From: a virus
Direction: 5' to 3' (one strand)
Virus record (IMG/VR): IMGVR_UViG_3300028048_000011
Location: 1-48,485 of that record
Length of the DNA stretch: 48,485 nucleotides
Below are positions 23,167-33,552 of the stretch, piece after piece. Each line of letters opens with the position of its first letter. Position 1 is the stretch's first letter. The notes below the pieces were generated by a model, which worked only from the letters and a program-made list of their open reading frames with translations, was not told the origin of the DNA and searched no databases. The position numbers were made by a program, and so were the translations under genes.

Positions 23167-23790
23167 GTGGCGGACAACTTCATAATCAGCCTGGACGAGC
23201 TGACAACTGATGCGGATCCTGAGAATCCGTCTAACCCTGTCCGAGTAGAAGTGATCGCTAAACTATTCGGACTCACCGTGCGCCGGATCCAACAGCTCAC
23301 CCAGGAAGGGATCCTTCCTACGGTGGATGCAGTCGATGAGAACAACCGCAAGACCAGACGATATGATCTGGTTCCTACGATCAAGAAATACACAAGGTAC
23401 CTCTCCGACAAGGCATACGGAAAAGCGCACAGGACAAACAAAGAGATCGAGCTACGAGAGCAGAAGATGGAGGCTGACATAGCACTCCGTGAAAGCCAGG
23501 GCGAACTCCACCGGCTGAAAGCTGCGATAGTGGCCGGAGAGTATATATCCGTAGAGGAAGTCCGGCTCGACTATGCGAAGTTCTTCGTAGTGTTCAAAAA
23601 ATTCGCTATGTCAATGCCTGCAAGAGTGAGCGGAATGCTTTCGGGGTCAATCGAACCGCTCGAAGCACGAAGGATCGAGAAGGAGATCAGCGGAGAGATA
23701 GCCGAACTCCTGAACTCCTTCGCAGTAGCAGGCATCGTGAATCCTAAGGAAGTTAAGGAGATATTGAGTGGCGAAGCGCAGGAGTCGTAA
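23167..23790 (+). CDS. terS: Terminase small subunit (Nu1-like N-terminal HTH)
   Basis: It has a GTG start after GGAGGTG. The HTH reads IAKLFGLTVRRIQQLTQEGIL. It is followed by a coiled coil and lies directly upstream of TerL. Confidence 0.8.
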   Translation: MADNFIISLDELTTDADPENPSNPVRVEVIAKLFGLTVRRIQQLTQEGILPTVDAVDENNRKTRRYDLVPTIKKYTRYLSDKAYGKAHRTNKEIELREQKMEADIALRESQGELHRLKAAIVAGEYISVEEVRLDYAKFFVVFKKFAMSMPARVSGMLSGSIEPLEARRIEKEISGEIAELLNSFAVAGIVNPKEVKEILSGEAQES

Positions 23791-25618
23791 GTGGCGCAAG
23801 AAATATGAGGTACCCTCATACATCCACGAAGCACTCAGGCAACTAAAACCGCCAGAGGACATCTCGGTATCAGAATGGGCGCAGAAGTACAGAATGCTCG
23901 ATGCGAAGACTGCGGCCATGCCGGGACCGTGGAGAAATGACAAGACCCCGTACCTCACCGAGATCATGGATGAGCTGAACAACTACGAGACCGAAGAGAT
24001 CGTGTTTTGTAAGTGTACGCAGGTCGGCGGAACCGAAGCGGAGCTGAATATGCTCGGATACATCATAGGACAGGATCCTGCTCCGAGCATGGTGGTCTAT
24101 CCTTCAGACAAACTGGGCGAATCCATCAGCGACAACCGTATCAAACCGATGCTTCAGGCATCGCCTTCGCTTCGTGAACGGTACCATGAACTCCGTAGCC
24201 AGAAGTTAGAGATGCAATTTGACGGAATGTATCTCACTATTTCAGGCGCAAACTCACCATCAAGCCTCGCATCGAGAGCGATCAAGTATCTTTTTCTCGA
24301 TGAGGTTGACAAATATCCGGGAGCATCAAAGAAAGAGGCGGATCCGATCTCCCTGGCAAAGGAACGAACCAAGACCTTCGCCAACCGGAAGATCTACATG
24401 ACCTCTACTCCGACCATCAAGAGCGGTCACATCTGGAAGAACCTGCTTGACTGCGATGTGGAGAAGCACTACTTCGTACCATGTCCGCATTGTGGCGAGA
24501 TGATCGAACTCAAATTTGCAAATTTGCGGTTCCCGAAGGAAGATGGCTCGCTCACTGCTTCAGATCGAGCAGATCAGGCGGTCTATGTATGCCAGGAATG
24601 CGGATGCGTGATCACGGATCAGCACAAGGCACAGATGCTCCGCTTCGGAGAGTGGCGGATAGCGAAGGAAAATAACTCCGCCAGAAGAAAAATAGGCTAT
24701 TGGATATCGGTCTTATATTCTCCTTTCGTTCGCTTCTCGGAAATCGCTCTGGAATGGATAAACTCCCAGGGCGATAACGAGAGGCTGCAGAACTTTATCA
24801 ACTCATGGCTCGCAGAACCATGGGAAGATACAAGGCTGACCACTTCTGCAGATGTAGTTATGGAGCGCCAGACGGAATACGAAGAGTTCACGGTTCCGGA
24901 CTGGGCGAAGTTCCTCTCTGCAGGAGTCGATGTTCAGGAGACCTGCATCTACTACACGATCAGGGCGTGGGGAAACTTCATCACTTCTCAGAACATCTGT
25001 CACGGACAGGCGATGTCCTGGGCGGATATCGAGCGAGTGATGAACTACGGATACCTAAAAGAGAACGGAGATCAACTTGTGGTTTCGCTCTGCCTGATCG
25101 ACTCCGGTTTCGATACGGATGCAGTGTATGACTTCTGCGCGAACAATTCAGACTGGGCGCTACCGGTCAAAGGTTCGAGCAGAGCAATGACCGAACACTT
25201 TCATCTTTCAAAAATTAACAAGACAGACTCCCGTGCTTATGGCATGAACCTCTGCGTGGTAGATGGCGGAAAATACAAAGACATGATAGCCGCAAGAATG
25301 AAAAAGGAAAACGGAAGAGGGGCATGGATGGTCTACAACGGGTGCGATATGGAATATGCGAAGCAGGTGACTGCAGAGCATAAAGTCCAGATCAAAAAAG
25401 GAGACCAACTGGTTCAAGTGTGGGAGCTTAAAGCCTCCCACACGGACAACCACCTTCTCGACTGTGAAGTCTATGCATTCGCAGCGGCCGACATCCTTGG
25501 AGTCCGTTCGATGCATCTGATGGAAGAGCAGAAGCAGGAAGAGATCAAGGAAAGACCTCCGGAGAAGAAAGAGTCTCCGGAAGAGTCATGGATCAAAACA
25601 AATGAAAACTGGATATAA
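23768..25618 (+). CDS. terL: Terminase large subunit, lambda GpA family
   Basis: The Walker A region is VFCKCTQVGGTEAELN. The zinc-ribbon-like CPHCG...CQECG and the overall layout are typical of GpA. It has a GTG start after AAGGAG. Confidence 0.9.
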   Translation: MAKRRSRKWRKKYEVPSYIHEALRQLKPPEDISVSEWAQKYRMLDAKTAAMPGPWRNDKTPYLTEIMDELNNYETEEIVFCKCTQVGGTEAELNMLGYIIGQDPAPSMVVYPSDKLGESISDNRIKPMLQASPSLRERYHELRSQKLEMQFDGMYLTISGANSPSSLASRAIKYLFLDEVDKYPGASKKEADPISLAKERTKTFANRKIYMTSTPTIKSGHIWKNLLDCDVEKHYFVPCPHCGEMIELKFANLRFPKEDGSLTASDRADQAVYVCQECGCVITDQHKAQMLRFGEWRIAKENNSARRKIGYWISVLYSPFVRFSEIALEWINSQGDNERLQNFINSWLAEPWEDTRLTTSADVVMERQTEYEEFTVPDWAKFLSAGVDVQETCIYYTIRAWGNFITSQNICHGQAMSWADIERVMNYGYLKENGDQLVVSLCLIDSGFDTDAVYDFCANNSDWALPVKGSSRAMTEHFHLSKINKTDSRAYGMNLCVVDGGKYKDMIAARMKKENGRGAWMVYNGCDMEYAKQVTAEHKVQIKKGDQLVQVWELKASHTDNHLLDCEVYAFAAADILGVRSMHLMEEQKQEEIKERPPEKKESPEESWIKTNENWI

Positions 25619-25630
25619 GGAGGAATGAGC

Positions 25631-25855
25631 ATGGCAGAACCTAAAACCGCACAAGAAGAACTCATAGAAGTCGAGCAGGCTCTATCGAGTATCGCTCTGG
25701 GCGGTCAGTCCTACACGATAGGATCAAGAAAACTGACCAGAGCAGACTACTCCGCACTACTGGCACGAAAGAAGGAGCTGCAGGCGGCTATCGCTTCAGA
25801 AGGCAATAGTTCCCTGTTCGATAATACCTTCGTTTCGTACTTCGACAGGAGGTAG
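25631..25855 (+). CDS. gpW-like head-tail joining protein
   Basis: It is about 74 aa and lies between TerL and the portal, as in lambda. I chose the start at 25631, because the RBS AAGGAGGA ends immediately before the track start 25625. Confidence 0.65.
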   Translation: MAEPKTAQEELIEVEQALSSIALGGQSYTIGSRKLTRADYSALLARKKELQAAIASEGNSSLFDNTFVSYFDRR

Positions 25856-25860
25856 AAGAG

Positions 25861-27429
25861 ATGGCATGGTTAGACAATGTGATCGCATTCTTCAATCCTG
25901 AGGCGGCGGCCAAGAGAGCGGCGTGGAGAAACGCATACGATGAGCTTCGGAACTACGATGCCGGAGACTTCGGAAGACTAAACTCCGGATGGAGGGTGTC
26001 GAACGAGTCTGCGGAAGTCACGGACCGAAACAGTCGAGACTGGGTAAGGGCGAGAGCAAGAGATCTCGAACGCAATTCCGACATTATGGACTCCGTACTC
26101 GGAGCCTACAAGAGGAATGTAATCGGATCCGGCTTTCAGATCCAGGCGAAAAGCAAGAATGCAAAACTGAATAAGGAATTGGAGAAGCTCTGGAAGAAGT
26201 GGTGCAAAGCAAGAAACTGCGATGTGACCGGAAACCAGACACTCAATGAGATGCTCCGCATGGCGGTAGTGAGAAAAAGAGTGGATGGCGGCGTGTTATT
26301 CGTGAAGCGATACACCAAGGACGGAATGATCCCGTTCTCCATTCAGATGGTCGAGGTCGATGAACTCGATGTCGGTTTCCAGTCTCCGCACAATCCGAAG
26401 AACAAGGTTGTGGGCGGTATCGAATACAACGAATACAATCGCCCGGTCGGATATTGGATCCGGCAGTACGAAGTAGACGGCTTCGCCCTGGCGATGCCGG
26501 TATTCGTAGAAGCTGATGATGTGATCTTCTACTTCACAAAGAAGAGACCATCGCAGATCAGGGAGATGTCAGACATGAGTCCGACAGTCACAAGGATCCG
26601 TGATGTGAATGAGTTCATCACTGCAGTGGCCGTGAAGCAGAGAATCGAAGCGTGCTTGGCAGTCTTCATCAAAAAGCAGCTCCCGGTATCCGGAATCGGG
26701 CGAAGCGGAGCATCGATGACAGACGGCAAGACTTCATATGATGGAAAGACACTCACTCCCGGTATGATCAAAGAACTGAATGCCGGTGATGAGGTTCAGG
26801 CAGTCAACCCGACAGGCCAGTCTGCAGATGCGACATCGTTCGTGAAGCTGCAGCAGAGACTGGTCGGAGCAGGACAGGGTCTCTCCTATGAAGTGACAAG
26901 CCGTGATATGAGCGAGACGAACTATTCATCTGCAAGACAGGGAGCGATCGAGGACGAGATGACCTTTCAGGAGGAAAAGGAGAAAATCCTTTCCATTCTG
27001 GATGAGATCTATGAGACTTTCGTCATTTCCTGCGTGATGAGCGGCATCGTTCAGATCAAGGACTTCTGGGAAAAGAAGGATGACTACCTCACCCACGAGT
27101 GGATCCAACCTCCGAAGAAGTGGATAGATCCGCAGAAGGAGTCAGGCGCTACGAAGACCGCTCTCAATATCGGCGTGAAGACCTATAAACAGGTCGCTGC
27201 AGAGAATGGAACAGACTGGCGAACCCAGATCGATGATATCGCAGAGGTCAGAGACTACGCTATGAGCAAAGGTCTCGAAGACTTTACAAGCATACTCTTT
27301 GACGGAAAGATGTCCGGCAAGGAAGAACAGGAGGAAGAAGATGAACAAACGAATCCGGAAGAAGAGGTCGCTGACTCTTCAGAGGGCGATGACAAGCGAC
27401 CACGAAAACCAGACGAAGACGAAGAATAA
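25861..27429 (+). CDS. Portal protein, lambda (gpB) family
   Basis: The product is 522 aa. It contains RARARDLERNSDIMDSVLGAYKRNVIGSGF and has an acidic C-terminus. Confidence 0.9.
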   Translation: MAWLDNVIAFFNPEAAAKRAAWRNAYDELRNYDAGDFGRLNSGWRVSNESAEVTDRNSRDWVRARARDLERNSDIMDSVLGAYKRNVIGSGFQIQAKSKNAKLNKELEKLWKKWCKARNCDVTGNQTLNEMLRMAVVRKRVDGGVLFVKRYTKDGMIPFSIQMVEVDELDVGFQSPHNPKNKVVGGIEYNEYNRPVGYWIRQYEVDGFALAMPVFVEADDVIFYFTKKRPSQIREMSDMSPTVTRIRDVNEFITAVAVKQRIEACLAVFIKKQLPVSGIGRSGASMTDGKTSYDGKTLTPGMIKELNAGDEVQAVNPTGQSADATSFVKLQQRLVGAGQGLSYEVTSRDMSETNYSSARQGAIEDEMTFQEEKEKILSILDEIYETFVISCVMSGIVQIKDFWEKKDDYLTHEWIQPPKKWIDPQKESGATKTALNIGVKTYKQVAAENGTDWRTQIDDIAEVRDYAMSKGLEDFTSILFDGKMSGKEEQEEEDEQTNPEEEVADSSEGDDKRPRKPDEDEE

Positions 27430-28009
27430 AGGAACCAGGGAACTCATCGACTGCCGGATCAGAGCGGTCGAGGGCAAAGAAAGAACCTTCAGACTTTCCT
27501 TTTCTTCGGAGGAACCATACGAAAGATGGTTCGGACCTGAAATACTCGACCATTCAGAGGGAGCGGTAGACCTTACCCGTCTGAATGAGATAGGAGTCCT
27601 TCTCTACAATCACAATCGTGATGCAGTGATCGGTAAGATCGAGAGAGCATGGCTCGAAAATGGCAGAGGCGAAGCCGAGGTCACCTTCGACACAGACGAA
27701 GACTCAGAGAAGATCTTCAAGAAGGTAGAGGGCGGAACCCTGAAGGGGGTATCAGTAGGATACCTCGTGGAATCATGGGAGGAAGTAATGCCGAATAAAC
27801 AGTCGGCTGATGGCAAGTACACCGGACCCTGCTCAATCGCAAGGAAGTGGGCACCCTACGAGATAAGCATCGTTTCGGTTCCGGCTGACCCGACAGTGGG
27901 TGTAGGACGCTCCGCAGAGGGCGGCGTGGATACTGCCATGTATGAGACTAAAAAGCGGCAACTTCAATACAACAAAAACATCTCACAAGGAGGAACAAAA
28001 AATGAGTAG
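27341..28009 (+). CDS. Prohead maturation protease (HK97 gp4 / S78-like)
   Basis: The sequence contains FSSEEPYERWFG...LLYNHNRDAVIGKI...LKGVSVGY. I chose the start at 27341 after AGGAGGA. It overlaps the portal 3' end. Confidence 0.75.
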   Translation: MNKRIRKKRSLTLQRAMTSDHENQTKTKNKGTRELIDCRIRAVEGKERTFRLSFSSEEPYERWFGPEILDHSEGAVDLTRLNEIGVLLYNHNRDAVIGKIERAWLENGRGEAEVTFDTDEDSEKIFKKVEGGTLKGVSVGYLVESWEEVMPNKQSADGKYTGPCSIARKWAPYEISIVSVPADPTVGVGRSAEGGVDTAMYETKKRQLQYNKNISQGGTKNE

Positions 28010-29543
28010 AGAACAGATGATTGCTCGTCAGCAGGAACTTCTCGCACTTGCGAAAAGCCAGAACCGAGCAATGACAGAGGACGAACTCAAAGAGTTCGAT
28101 AGTCTGCAGCGCTCTATTGACGCATTAGATGCGGCAGCAGGAGCAACTGGCCACGCTAATCAGAGAGCCAAAGATGATGACGATGATGAGGGTGGCAACG
28201 ATGACGATGATGAGGACGGCCAGAAATCCGCAAAGGATATCCAGGCAAGAGCCATCAAGGAAGAGCGTGAGCGTATTCGCTCCATCGAAGAGATGTGCCG
28301 CCACTTCAAGATGGATGCAGCTGAGTACATCAGCAAGGGTACATCCGTAGAGGGTACCAGAGCAGCCATCATGGAGAAGCTGATGACAGACGGCGCTCCG
28401 ATCGGATCCGGTATTCAGTCAGTAGTTGACGAAGGCGATAAGTTCCGCAGAGCAGTATCCGATGGTCTCATGATGCGCTCCGGTCTTCAGGTTCAGAATC
28501 CTGCAGAAGGCGCAGATCAGTTCAGAGGCATGAGCCTCCGTGACATCGCTATCGAGTGCTTAACCAGAGAGGGAGAGAGCCAGAGCGCACTTCTTCGCAT
28601 GGACAGAAGCGAACTGTATGACAAGTTATGCCGTCAGTTCTACAATCCTTCTGCAGCATTCCCTGCAATCATGGATCAGACAATCAAGAAGAGCATCGTA
28701 GACCTTTACAACAAAGTGCCTACCACATTCCAGGAGTTCACCACAAAGGGAACACTTCCTGACTTCAAGGAGACTTCTGATCACGAGTATGTGATCGGTG
28801 GCGTTGGTGACTTCCTCGAAGTTCCTGAGAACGGAGAGATCAAGGCTGATAAGCCTTCAACAGAACTCCTTCCTACAAGAAAGCTGAAGACCTACGGCAA
28901 GCAGTTCAGCATGACCCGTCAGGCGTTCATCAATGATGACATCGGCTTCTTGACAAAGGTTCCTGGTCTCTATGCAACAGCAGCAAAGAAGACCATCGAC
29001 AAGCAGGTATATGGAATCCTCTTCAACAACCCGGCGATCTTCGATGGTGTGGCACTTTTCCACGCAAACCACAAGAACCTCATGGGTTCCGGCAGCAAAC
29101 CTTCACAGGCATCCATCCAGGCGATGATCCTTCAGATGCAGAAGCAGACCGATCAGTTCGGAGATGCCATCTACATCAATCCTGCGAAGATCGTAGTTCC
29201 GGTAGGATACGAGTTCGATCTCGCCGTGATCTTCCACAGTGCGCAGGTGACCGGATCCTCAAACAACGATGTGAATCCTCTGTACAACTATCCGCTCCAG
29301 ATCGTTCAGTCTCCGATTTTGAACGCACTCGCAGGCGCAAACGCTTGCCCTTGGTTCATGGTAGCGGATCAGAGCAGCGCAAGAGGAATTCAGGTAGACT
29401 ACCTGAACGGACAGGAGACACCTACCGTTCGCAGAATGGAGGCTCCTGGCGTTCTTGGCTTCACATGGGATATCTATCTCGACTGGGGCATCTCTGTGCG
29501 TGACTTCAGAGGACTCGCAAAGAACCCTGGTGTGGCACTGTAA
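28002..29543 (+). CDS. Major capsid protein with an N-terminal scaffold/delta-like domain
   Basis: The N-terminus has a coiled coil and an acidic run (KDDDDDEGGNDDDDEDG). It is followed by an HK97-fold-like body. It sits after the protease. The RBS is AAGGAGGA. Confidence 0.85.
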   Translation: MSREQMIARQQELLALAKSQNRAMTEDELKEFDSLQRSIDALDAAAGATGHANQRAKDDDDDEGGNDDDDEDGQKSAKDIQARAIKEERERIRSIEEMCRHFKMDAAEYISKGTSVEGTRAAIMEKLMTDGAPIGSGIQSVVDEGDKFRRAVSDGLMMRSGLQVQNPAEGADQFRGMSLRDIAIECLTREGESQSALLRMDRSELYDKLCRQFYNPSAAFPAIMDQTIKKSIVDLYNKVPTTFQEFTTKGTLPDFKETSDHEYVIGGVGDFLEVPENGEIKADKPSTELLPTRKLKTYGKQFSMTRQAFINDDIGFLTKVPGLYATAAKKTIDKQVYGILFNNPAIFDGVALFHANHKNLMGSGSKPSQASIQAMILQMQKQTDQFGDAIYINPAKIVVPVGYEFDLAVIFHSAQVTGSSNNDVNPLYNYPLQIVQSPILNALAGANACPWFMVADQSSARGIQVDYLNGQETPTVRRMEAPGVLGFTWDIYLDWGISVRDFRGLAKNPGVAL

Positions 29544-29564
29544 GAGAGGAAGGAGGAATAAATC

Positions 29565-29942
29565 ATGGCAACAGCAAAATTCTGGCAGAAGGGCGAGCGC
29601 ATTGACTATGTCAATGGTACCGGCTCGAAAATTGCCGCAAACACAGTAATCCTCTACGGCTCTCGCCTTGCGGTAGCCGGAGCGGACATCGAAGCAGGAG
29701 AGAAGGGCGCTCTCGTAGTAGAGGGCGTGTTCGAACTTCCGAAGGACTACGGTGACTCTGGAAAAGCGATCACTGCAGGTCAGGAAGTTTACTGGGATGA
29801 TGATAACTCCTGCATCAAAGCAGCAGTGGCGCAGGTCGTAACAGAGGGAGCGGTAACTACAGAGGCATCTGCGGTTCACGGCTTCGCAGTAGCAGCGGCA
29901 CTCACCACAGACAAGACCGTTCTCGTCAAGATCAACGGCTGA
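29565..29942 (+). CDS. DUF2190-family capsid decoration/cement protein
   Basis: The sequence contains KGERIDYVNGTGSKIAANTVI...GEKGALVVEGVFELPK. It lies directly after the capsid gene. Confidence 0.7.
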   Translation: MATAKFWQKGERIDYVNGTGSKIAANTVILYGSRLAVAGADIEAGEKGALVVEGVFELPKDYGDSGKAITAGQEVYWDDDNSCIKAAVAQVVTEGAVTTEASAVHGFAVAAALTTDKTVLVKING

Positions 29943-30247
29943 TGTTAGTAGCAAAGAGACCTATCTTGTACCGCTCAAAGATGTACAAGATAGGCGATCA
30001 GCTACCTGCTGACAACAAGGAAATGGTAAAAGCATGGCTCGAAGCTGAAAGCGCTGAATGGAAAGACGAGACCACAGATGCGTCCGAGACGGCGGAGCCT
30101 GAGGCTGATGCTCCTGAGGGAGAGAATCCTGAGGAAGAGGAAACCGAAGAGGAATCTGCGGAGGAAAGCTCCGGAGAGAATCCCGAGGAAGAGCCGAAAG
30201 CAAAAACCATAACCAAGAAGACAGCAACCAAGAAGGGAGCGAAGTAG
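29942..30247 (+). CDS. Hypothetical head-associated protein with a Glu-rich tail
   Basis: It has a TGATG start/stop overlap with the upstream gene. The C-terminal half is EPEADAPEGENPEEEETEEE... Confidence 0.6.
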   Translation: MLVAKRPILYRSKMYKIGDQLPADNKEMVKAWLEAESAEWKDETTDASETAEPEADAPEGENPEEEETEEESAEESSGENPEEEPKAKTITKKTATKKGAK

Positions 30248-30574
30248 ATGAGCGCATTCAAGGACATTATAGCCAACGATGTGCATCAGACCTTCCTAAA
30301 CCCTGATGAATTTTCAGACATCCATAAGGTCAACGGTAAGGATATGCCAGTTCAGATAGACACGAACGAGCAGATCGAGCGTGAGAAAAGGATGAATCAG
30401 AATGTGGATGGTGTTTATACGAACCAGAAGCTGATCTATGTAGCAGCTTCTGACTTCGGACCGATGCCGAAGCAGGGAGCAATCCTCAATCTGGATGGTA
30501 AGATCTACCGGGTAGCCGATGCGGTGGATGAATACGGAATCTATTCCATCACAATCGAGGCGAACAAAGCATGA
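30248..30574 (+). CDS. Head-tail adaptor/closure-like protein
   Basis: The call rests on position and size (108 aa) in the connector block. Confidence 0.5.
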   Translation: MSAFKDIIANDVHQTFLNPDEFSDIHKVNGKDMPVQIDTNEQIEREKRMNQNVDGVYTNQKLIYVAASDFGPMPKQGAILNLDGKIYRVADAVDEYGIYSITIEANKA

Positions 30575-31140
30575 GTCAGATATACATCGAAGTAGATCAA
30601 AAAGACCTTCATAGAGTTATGTCGAAGCTGAAGGACATGGAGAAGGCTCCGAGACATCTGAAGAACGCTATCAACCGAACCGCAACCGTGGCGATGAGGA
30701 TGATCAAGCAAGGCCGGAGCAAAGGTTATACCGTAAAGACCGGCCGTTTCAATCAGGATCTCGGAAAGATCCAGAGAGCCACACCGGATCACTTGGATGC
30801 AACGATCCGTGCCAAAGGCAAGCCGCCAACACTTCAGAGCTTCAAGACCACATTCCCGAAAGCCGGAGGTAAGGCAGACATCACCAAGAGCGGACTGAAG
30901 AGATTAGTCACGGCGACCGGTGGAGCTGCATTCGTTCCTTCAGGCGGAAAGGCAGCAGGCCTGATGGCTCAGAGACGAGGCAAAGAAAGACACCCGATCA
31001 AGGTTCTTTACGGAAACTCGGTTCCGAAGATGGTAGAGCAGATCTACAAGGGCGAGCGTGGAGGACAGGGCGACATGGAGAAGGTCATCAAGAAAAGGCT
31101 ACACGATGAAATTCAGGCGGAGATCGCCAAGATTATGTAA
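30571..31140 (+). CDS. Connector/neck protein (possibly HK97 gp10-like)
   Basis: It has an ATGA start/stop overlap with the upstream gene. The call rests on position. The family assignment is tentative. Confidence 0.5.
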   Translation: MSQIYIEVDQKDLHRVMSKLKDMEKAPRHLKNAINRTATVAMRMIKQGRSKGYTVKTGRFNQDLGKIQRATPDHLDATIRAKGKPPTLQSFKTTFPKAGGKADITKSGLKRLVTATGGAAFVPSGGKAAGLMAQRRGKERHPIKVLYGNSVPKMVEQIYKGERGGQGDMEKVIKKRLHDEIQAEIAKIM

Positions 31141-31153
31141 AGAGGTGCGATAA

Positions 31154-31684
31154 ATGACTTTTAAGAATCTGCAGGACGATTTGATAACAGAGATCGAGAC
31201 CATCCTCAAAGATGTGGTCACCAAGAACACGGACGGAGAAAAGGTGGTAGGAGTGAAAGGATATGCCCACAGATTGCCGATCACCCAGTCGGACGAAGAT
31301 GATCCGGCGCAATACTTCCCATACTTCATCGTTCGCTTCGACACTGGCAGAACTCGTGATGACGATGACTGCTGGCATATAGCGGTGGACATCGTACTCG
31401 GAGTATATGACGCAGGAACTGATATCTCCCAGGTGGAGACGGATGATGAGGGCGAAGAGGAAACGAGGGCGGCATACCTGATCAGCGGACACGAGAACAT
31501 CTTAATCATGATCCAGAGGATCGTGGACAGGTTCGCATGGGATCCTCTGTTTAAGAAGATGTACCGTGCAGACCAAGACATCCAATGGGCAGTAGGAGAG
31601 GATGACACCTATCCGTTCTACTTCGGAGCAGTCGCTATCACATTCTCGGTGCCGAAAATTGGAAGAAAGGAGCCGGAGTTCTAA
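31154..31684 (+). CDS. Tail completion/neck protein (hypothetical)
   Basis: The call rests on position upstream of the sheath gene. Confidence 0.5.
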   Translation: MTFKNLQDDLITEIETILKDVVTKNTDGEKVVGVKGYAHRLPITQSDEDDPAQYFPYFIVRFDTGRTRDDDDCWHIAVDIVLGVYDAGTDISQVETDDEGEEETRAAYLISGHENILIMIQRIVDRFAWDPLFKKMYRADQDIQWAVGEDDTYPFYFGAVAITFSVPKIGRKEPEF

Positions 31685-32055
31685 TGGCAAAAAAGAACAG
31701 GCCGACCGAAGCGGTAGAAGCGGAAGTGAAGGAAGAAGCGGTAGAGACCGAAGCAGCAGAAGCTGAAGCAGTCGAGACCAAGGAAACCGAAACGACCGAG
31801 AAAGCCGTGGAGGAGGCAAAAGAAGCGAAGCCAAAGATGTATGTCGGACCCACCATCGTGGGTGTAGGCATTCAGAACAGGGTATACACGGAGATACCTG
31901 AAGGGGCGGCGGCGCTGATCAAGGAAGACCCCGAATTCGGAAATCTGTTTATTGACATCGAGGACTACTCGAAAGCGAACAGAATGCTCCGTGAAGGAAC
32001 TGGTTACATTTACAGTGCTTTTAATAAGGCGCTGAAAATCAAAAACAACAAATAG
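31684..32055 (+). CDS. Hypothetical structural protein with a Glu/Ala-rich N-terminus
   Basis: Its start overlaps the upstream stop (TAATG). Confidence 0.55.
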   Translation: MAKKNRPTEAVEAEVKEEAVETEAAEAEAVETKETETTEKAVEEAKEAKPKMYVGPTIVGVGIQNRVYTEIPEGAAALIKEDPEFGNLFIDIEDYSKANRMLREGTGYIYSAFNKALKIKNNK

Positions 32056-32068
32056 GAGGTAAAGCATC

Positions 32069-33550
32069 ATGGCTAACAAACATGGAGTGTTTATCACCGA
32101 AGAAGCCACAGCCGTAACCGTACCCAAGGAAACCTCGGCAGGAGTCCAGGTGGTAATCGGAACGGCACCCATCAATCAGGTGGATGACCCTTCGAAGGTG
32201 GTCAACGTACCAATTCTCGCAAACAGCGCAGCAGAGGCTATGAAGGCGCTCGGTTTTTCCGATGACTTCGACAGCTACACCCTCTGCCAGACTATGTATG
32301 CGACAGGAAATCTCTACCAGGTATCCCCGGTCGTTTATATCAACGTACTGGATCCCGATACCCACAAGGCGGCTCTCACAGAGGCAACCATCACGGTGGA
32401 AGATCTCCAGGCAGTAGTAAAGACAGAAGGCGTTCTGAAGAAGAACTTCGTGGTAAAGGTACCCGGAGCAAGCGTGGGAGACGATCCTACAACCTTAACT
32501 CCTGGCACAGACTACAGCCTCTCCTTCGATGACAACGGATACATGGTGATCACTCTCACTGCAACAGGCGCAGGAGCAGCAGCGACAAGCCTGATCGTTT
32601 CAGGTTACAAACTGGATCCTTCCGCAGTAACCGCATCCGACATCATCGGATCCGTGAACCCTTCCACAGGCGTGGAGAAGGGCATGGAGGTAATCCGTCA
32701 GATCTATCCGAAACTCGGCGTAGTTCCCGGAATCCTCATCGCTCCCGGATGGAGCCAGATCGCAACTGTAGGCCTCGCACTTGCAGCCAAGGCAGTGAAC
32801 ATCAACGGAGTATTCAAGGCAATCGCAATCCTCGATATTCCTTCAGACAGCACGAACGGAGCAGTGGTCTACACAGATGTGAAGAACAAGAAGGAGAGCC
32901 TCGGCTACACTTCCGAATTCTGCTACAACGTATGGCCGAAGGTGAAAGTCGGAGATTACATCTTCGCATTCTCCGCAATCGCTGCAGCAAGAATGGCATA
33001 CACCGACACCGAGCATGAGGATGTGCCTTCGAATTCTCCTTCGAACAAGCCTCTCGCTATCACAGGCCTCGTGCTTGCAGACGGCACCACAGAGGTAGTC
33101 CTCGATCAGGACCAGGGAACCACAGTCAACAGCTACGGCGTAGCAACAGCCATCAACATCAACGGCTTCAGACTCTGGGGCAACTACACAGGAGCATATC
33201 CTGCAAGCGGAGACGCAAAGGACATCTGGATCAACGTGCGCCGGATGTTCAACTGGCAGGGTAACACCTTCATCCTGACCTACTTCGACAAGGTGGACGA
33301 TCCGATGAACTCGGTACTCATCGAGAACATCGTAGACAGCGAGAACATCCGCTGCGCAGCATACGCACCTACTCACTGGGCAGGAGCAAGCATCGAATAC
33401 CTCGAAGCAGACAATCCGATCACGGATATTCTCGCAGGAAAGATGACCTTCAGACAGCACATCGCACCTTACACACCTGCAGAGACCATCAACAATATCC
33501 TGAACTACGATACTTCGATGCTTCAGGCAGCACTTACAGGAGGTGAATAA
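32069..33550 (+). CDS. Contractile tail sheath protein
   Basis: The product is 493 aa. It is immediately followed by the tube, chaperone and tape-measure genes, the P2 FI/PBSX XkdK order. Confidence 0.85.
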   Translation: MANKHGVFITEEATAVTVPKETSAGVQVVIGTAPINQVDDPSKVVNVPILANSAAEAMKALGFSDDFDSYTLCQTMYATGNLYQVSPVVYINVLDPDTHKAALTEATITVEDLQAVVKTEGVLKKNFVVKVPGASVGDDPTTLTPGTDYSLSFDDNGYMVITLTATGAGAAATSLIVSGYKLDPSAVTASDIIGSVNPSTGVEKGMEVIRQIYPKLGVVPGILIAPGWSQIATVGLALAAKAVNINGVFKAIAILDIPSDSTNGAVVYTDVKNKKESLGYTSEFCYNVWPKVKVGDYIFAFSAIAAARMAYTDTEHEDVPSNSPSNKPLAITGLVLADGTTEVVLDQDQGTTVNSYGVATAININGFRLWGNYTGAYPASGDAKDIWINVRRMFNWQGNTFILTYFDKVDDPMNSVLIENIVDSENIRCAAYAPTHWAGASIEYLEADNPITDILAGKMTFRQHIAPYTPAETINNILNYDTSMLQAALTGGE

Positions 33551-33552
33551 AG

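Noticed and set aside
29259-29954. A 231-aa minus-strand ORF.
   Set aside because: It is antisense to the 3' end of the capsid gene and to the DUF2190 gene. Its translation is Cys-rich and junk-like.
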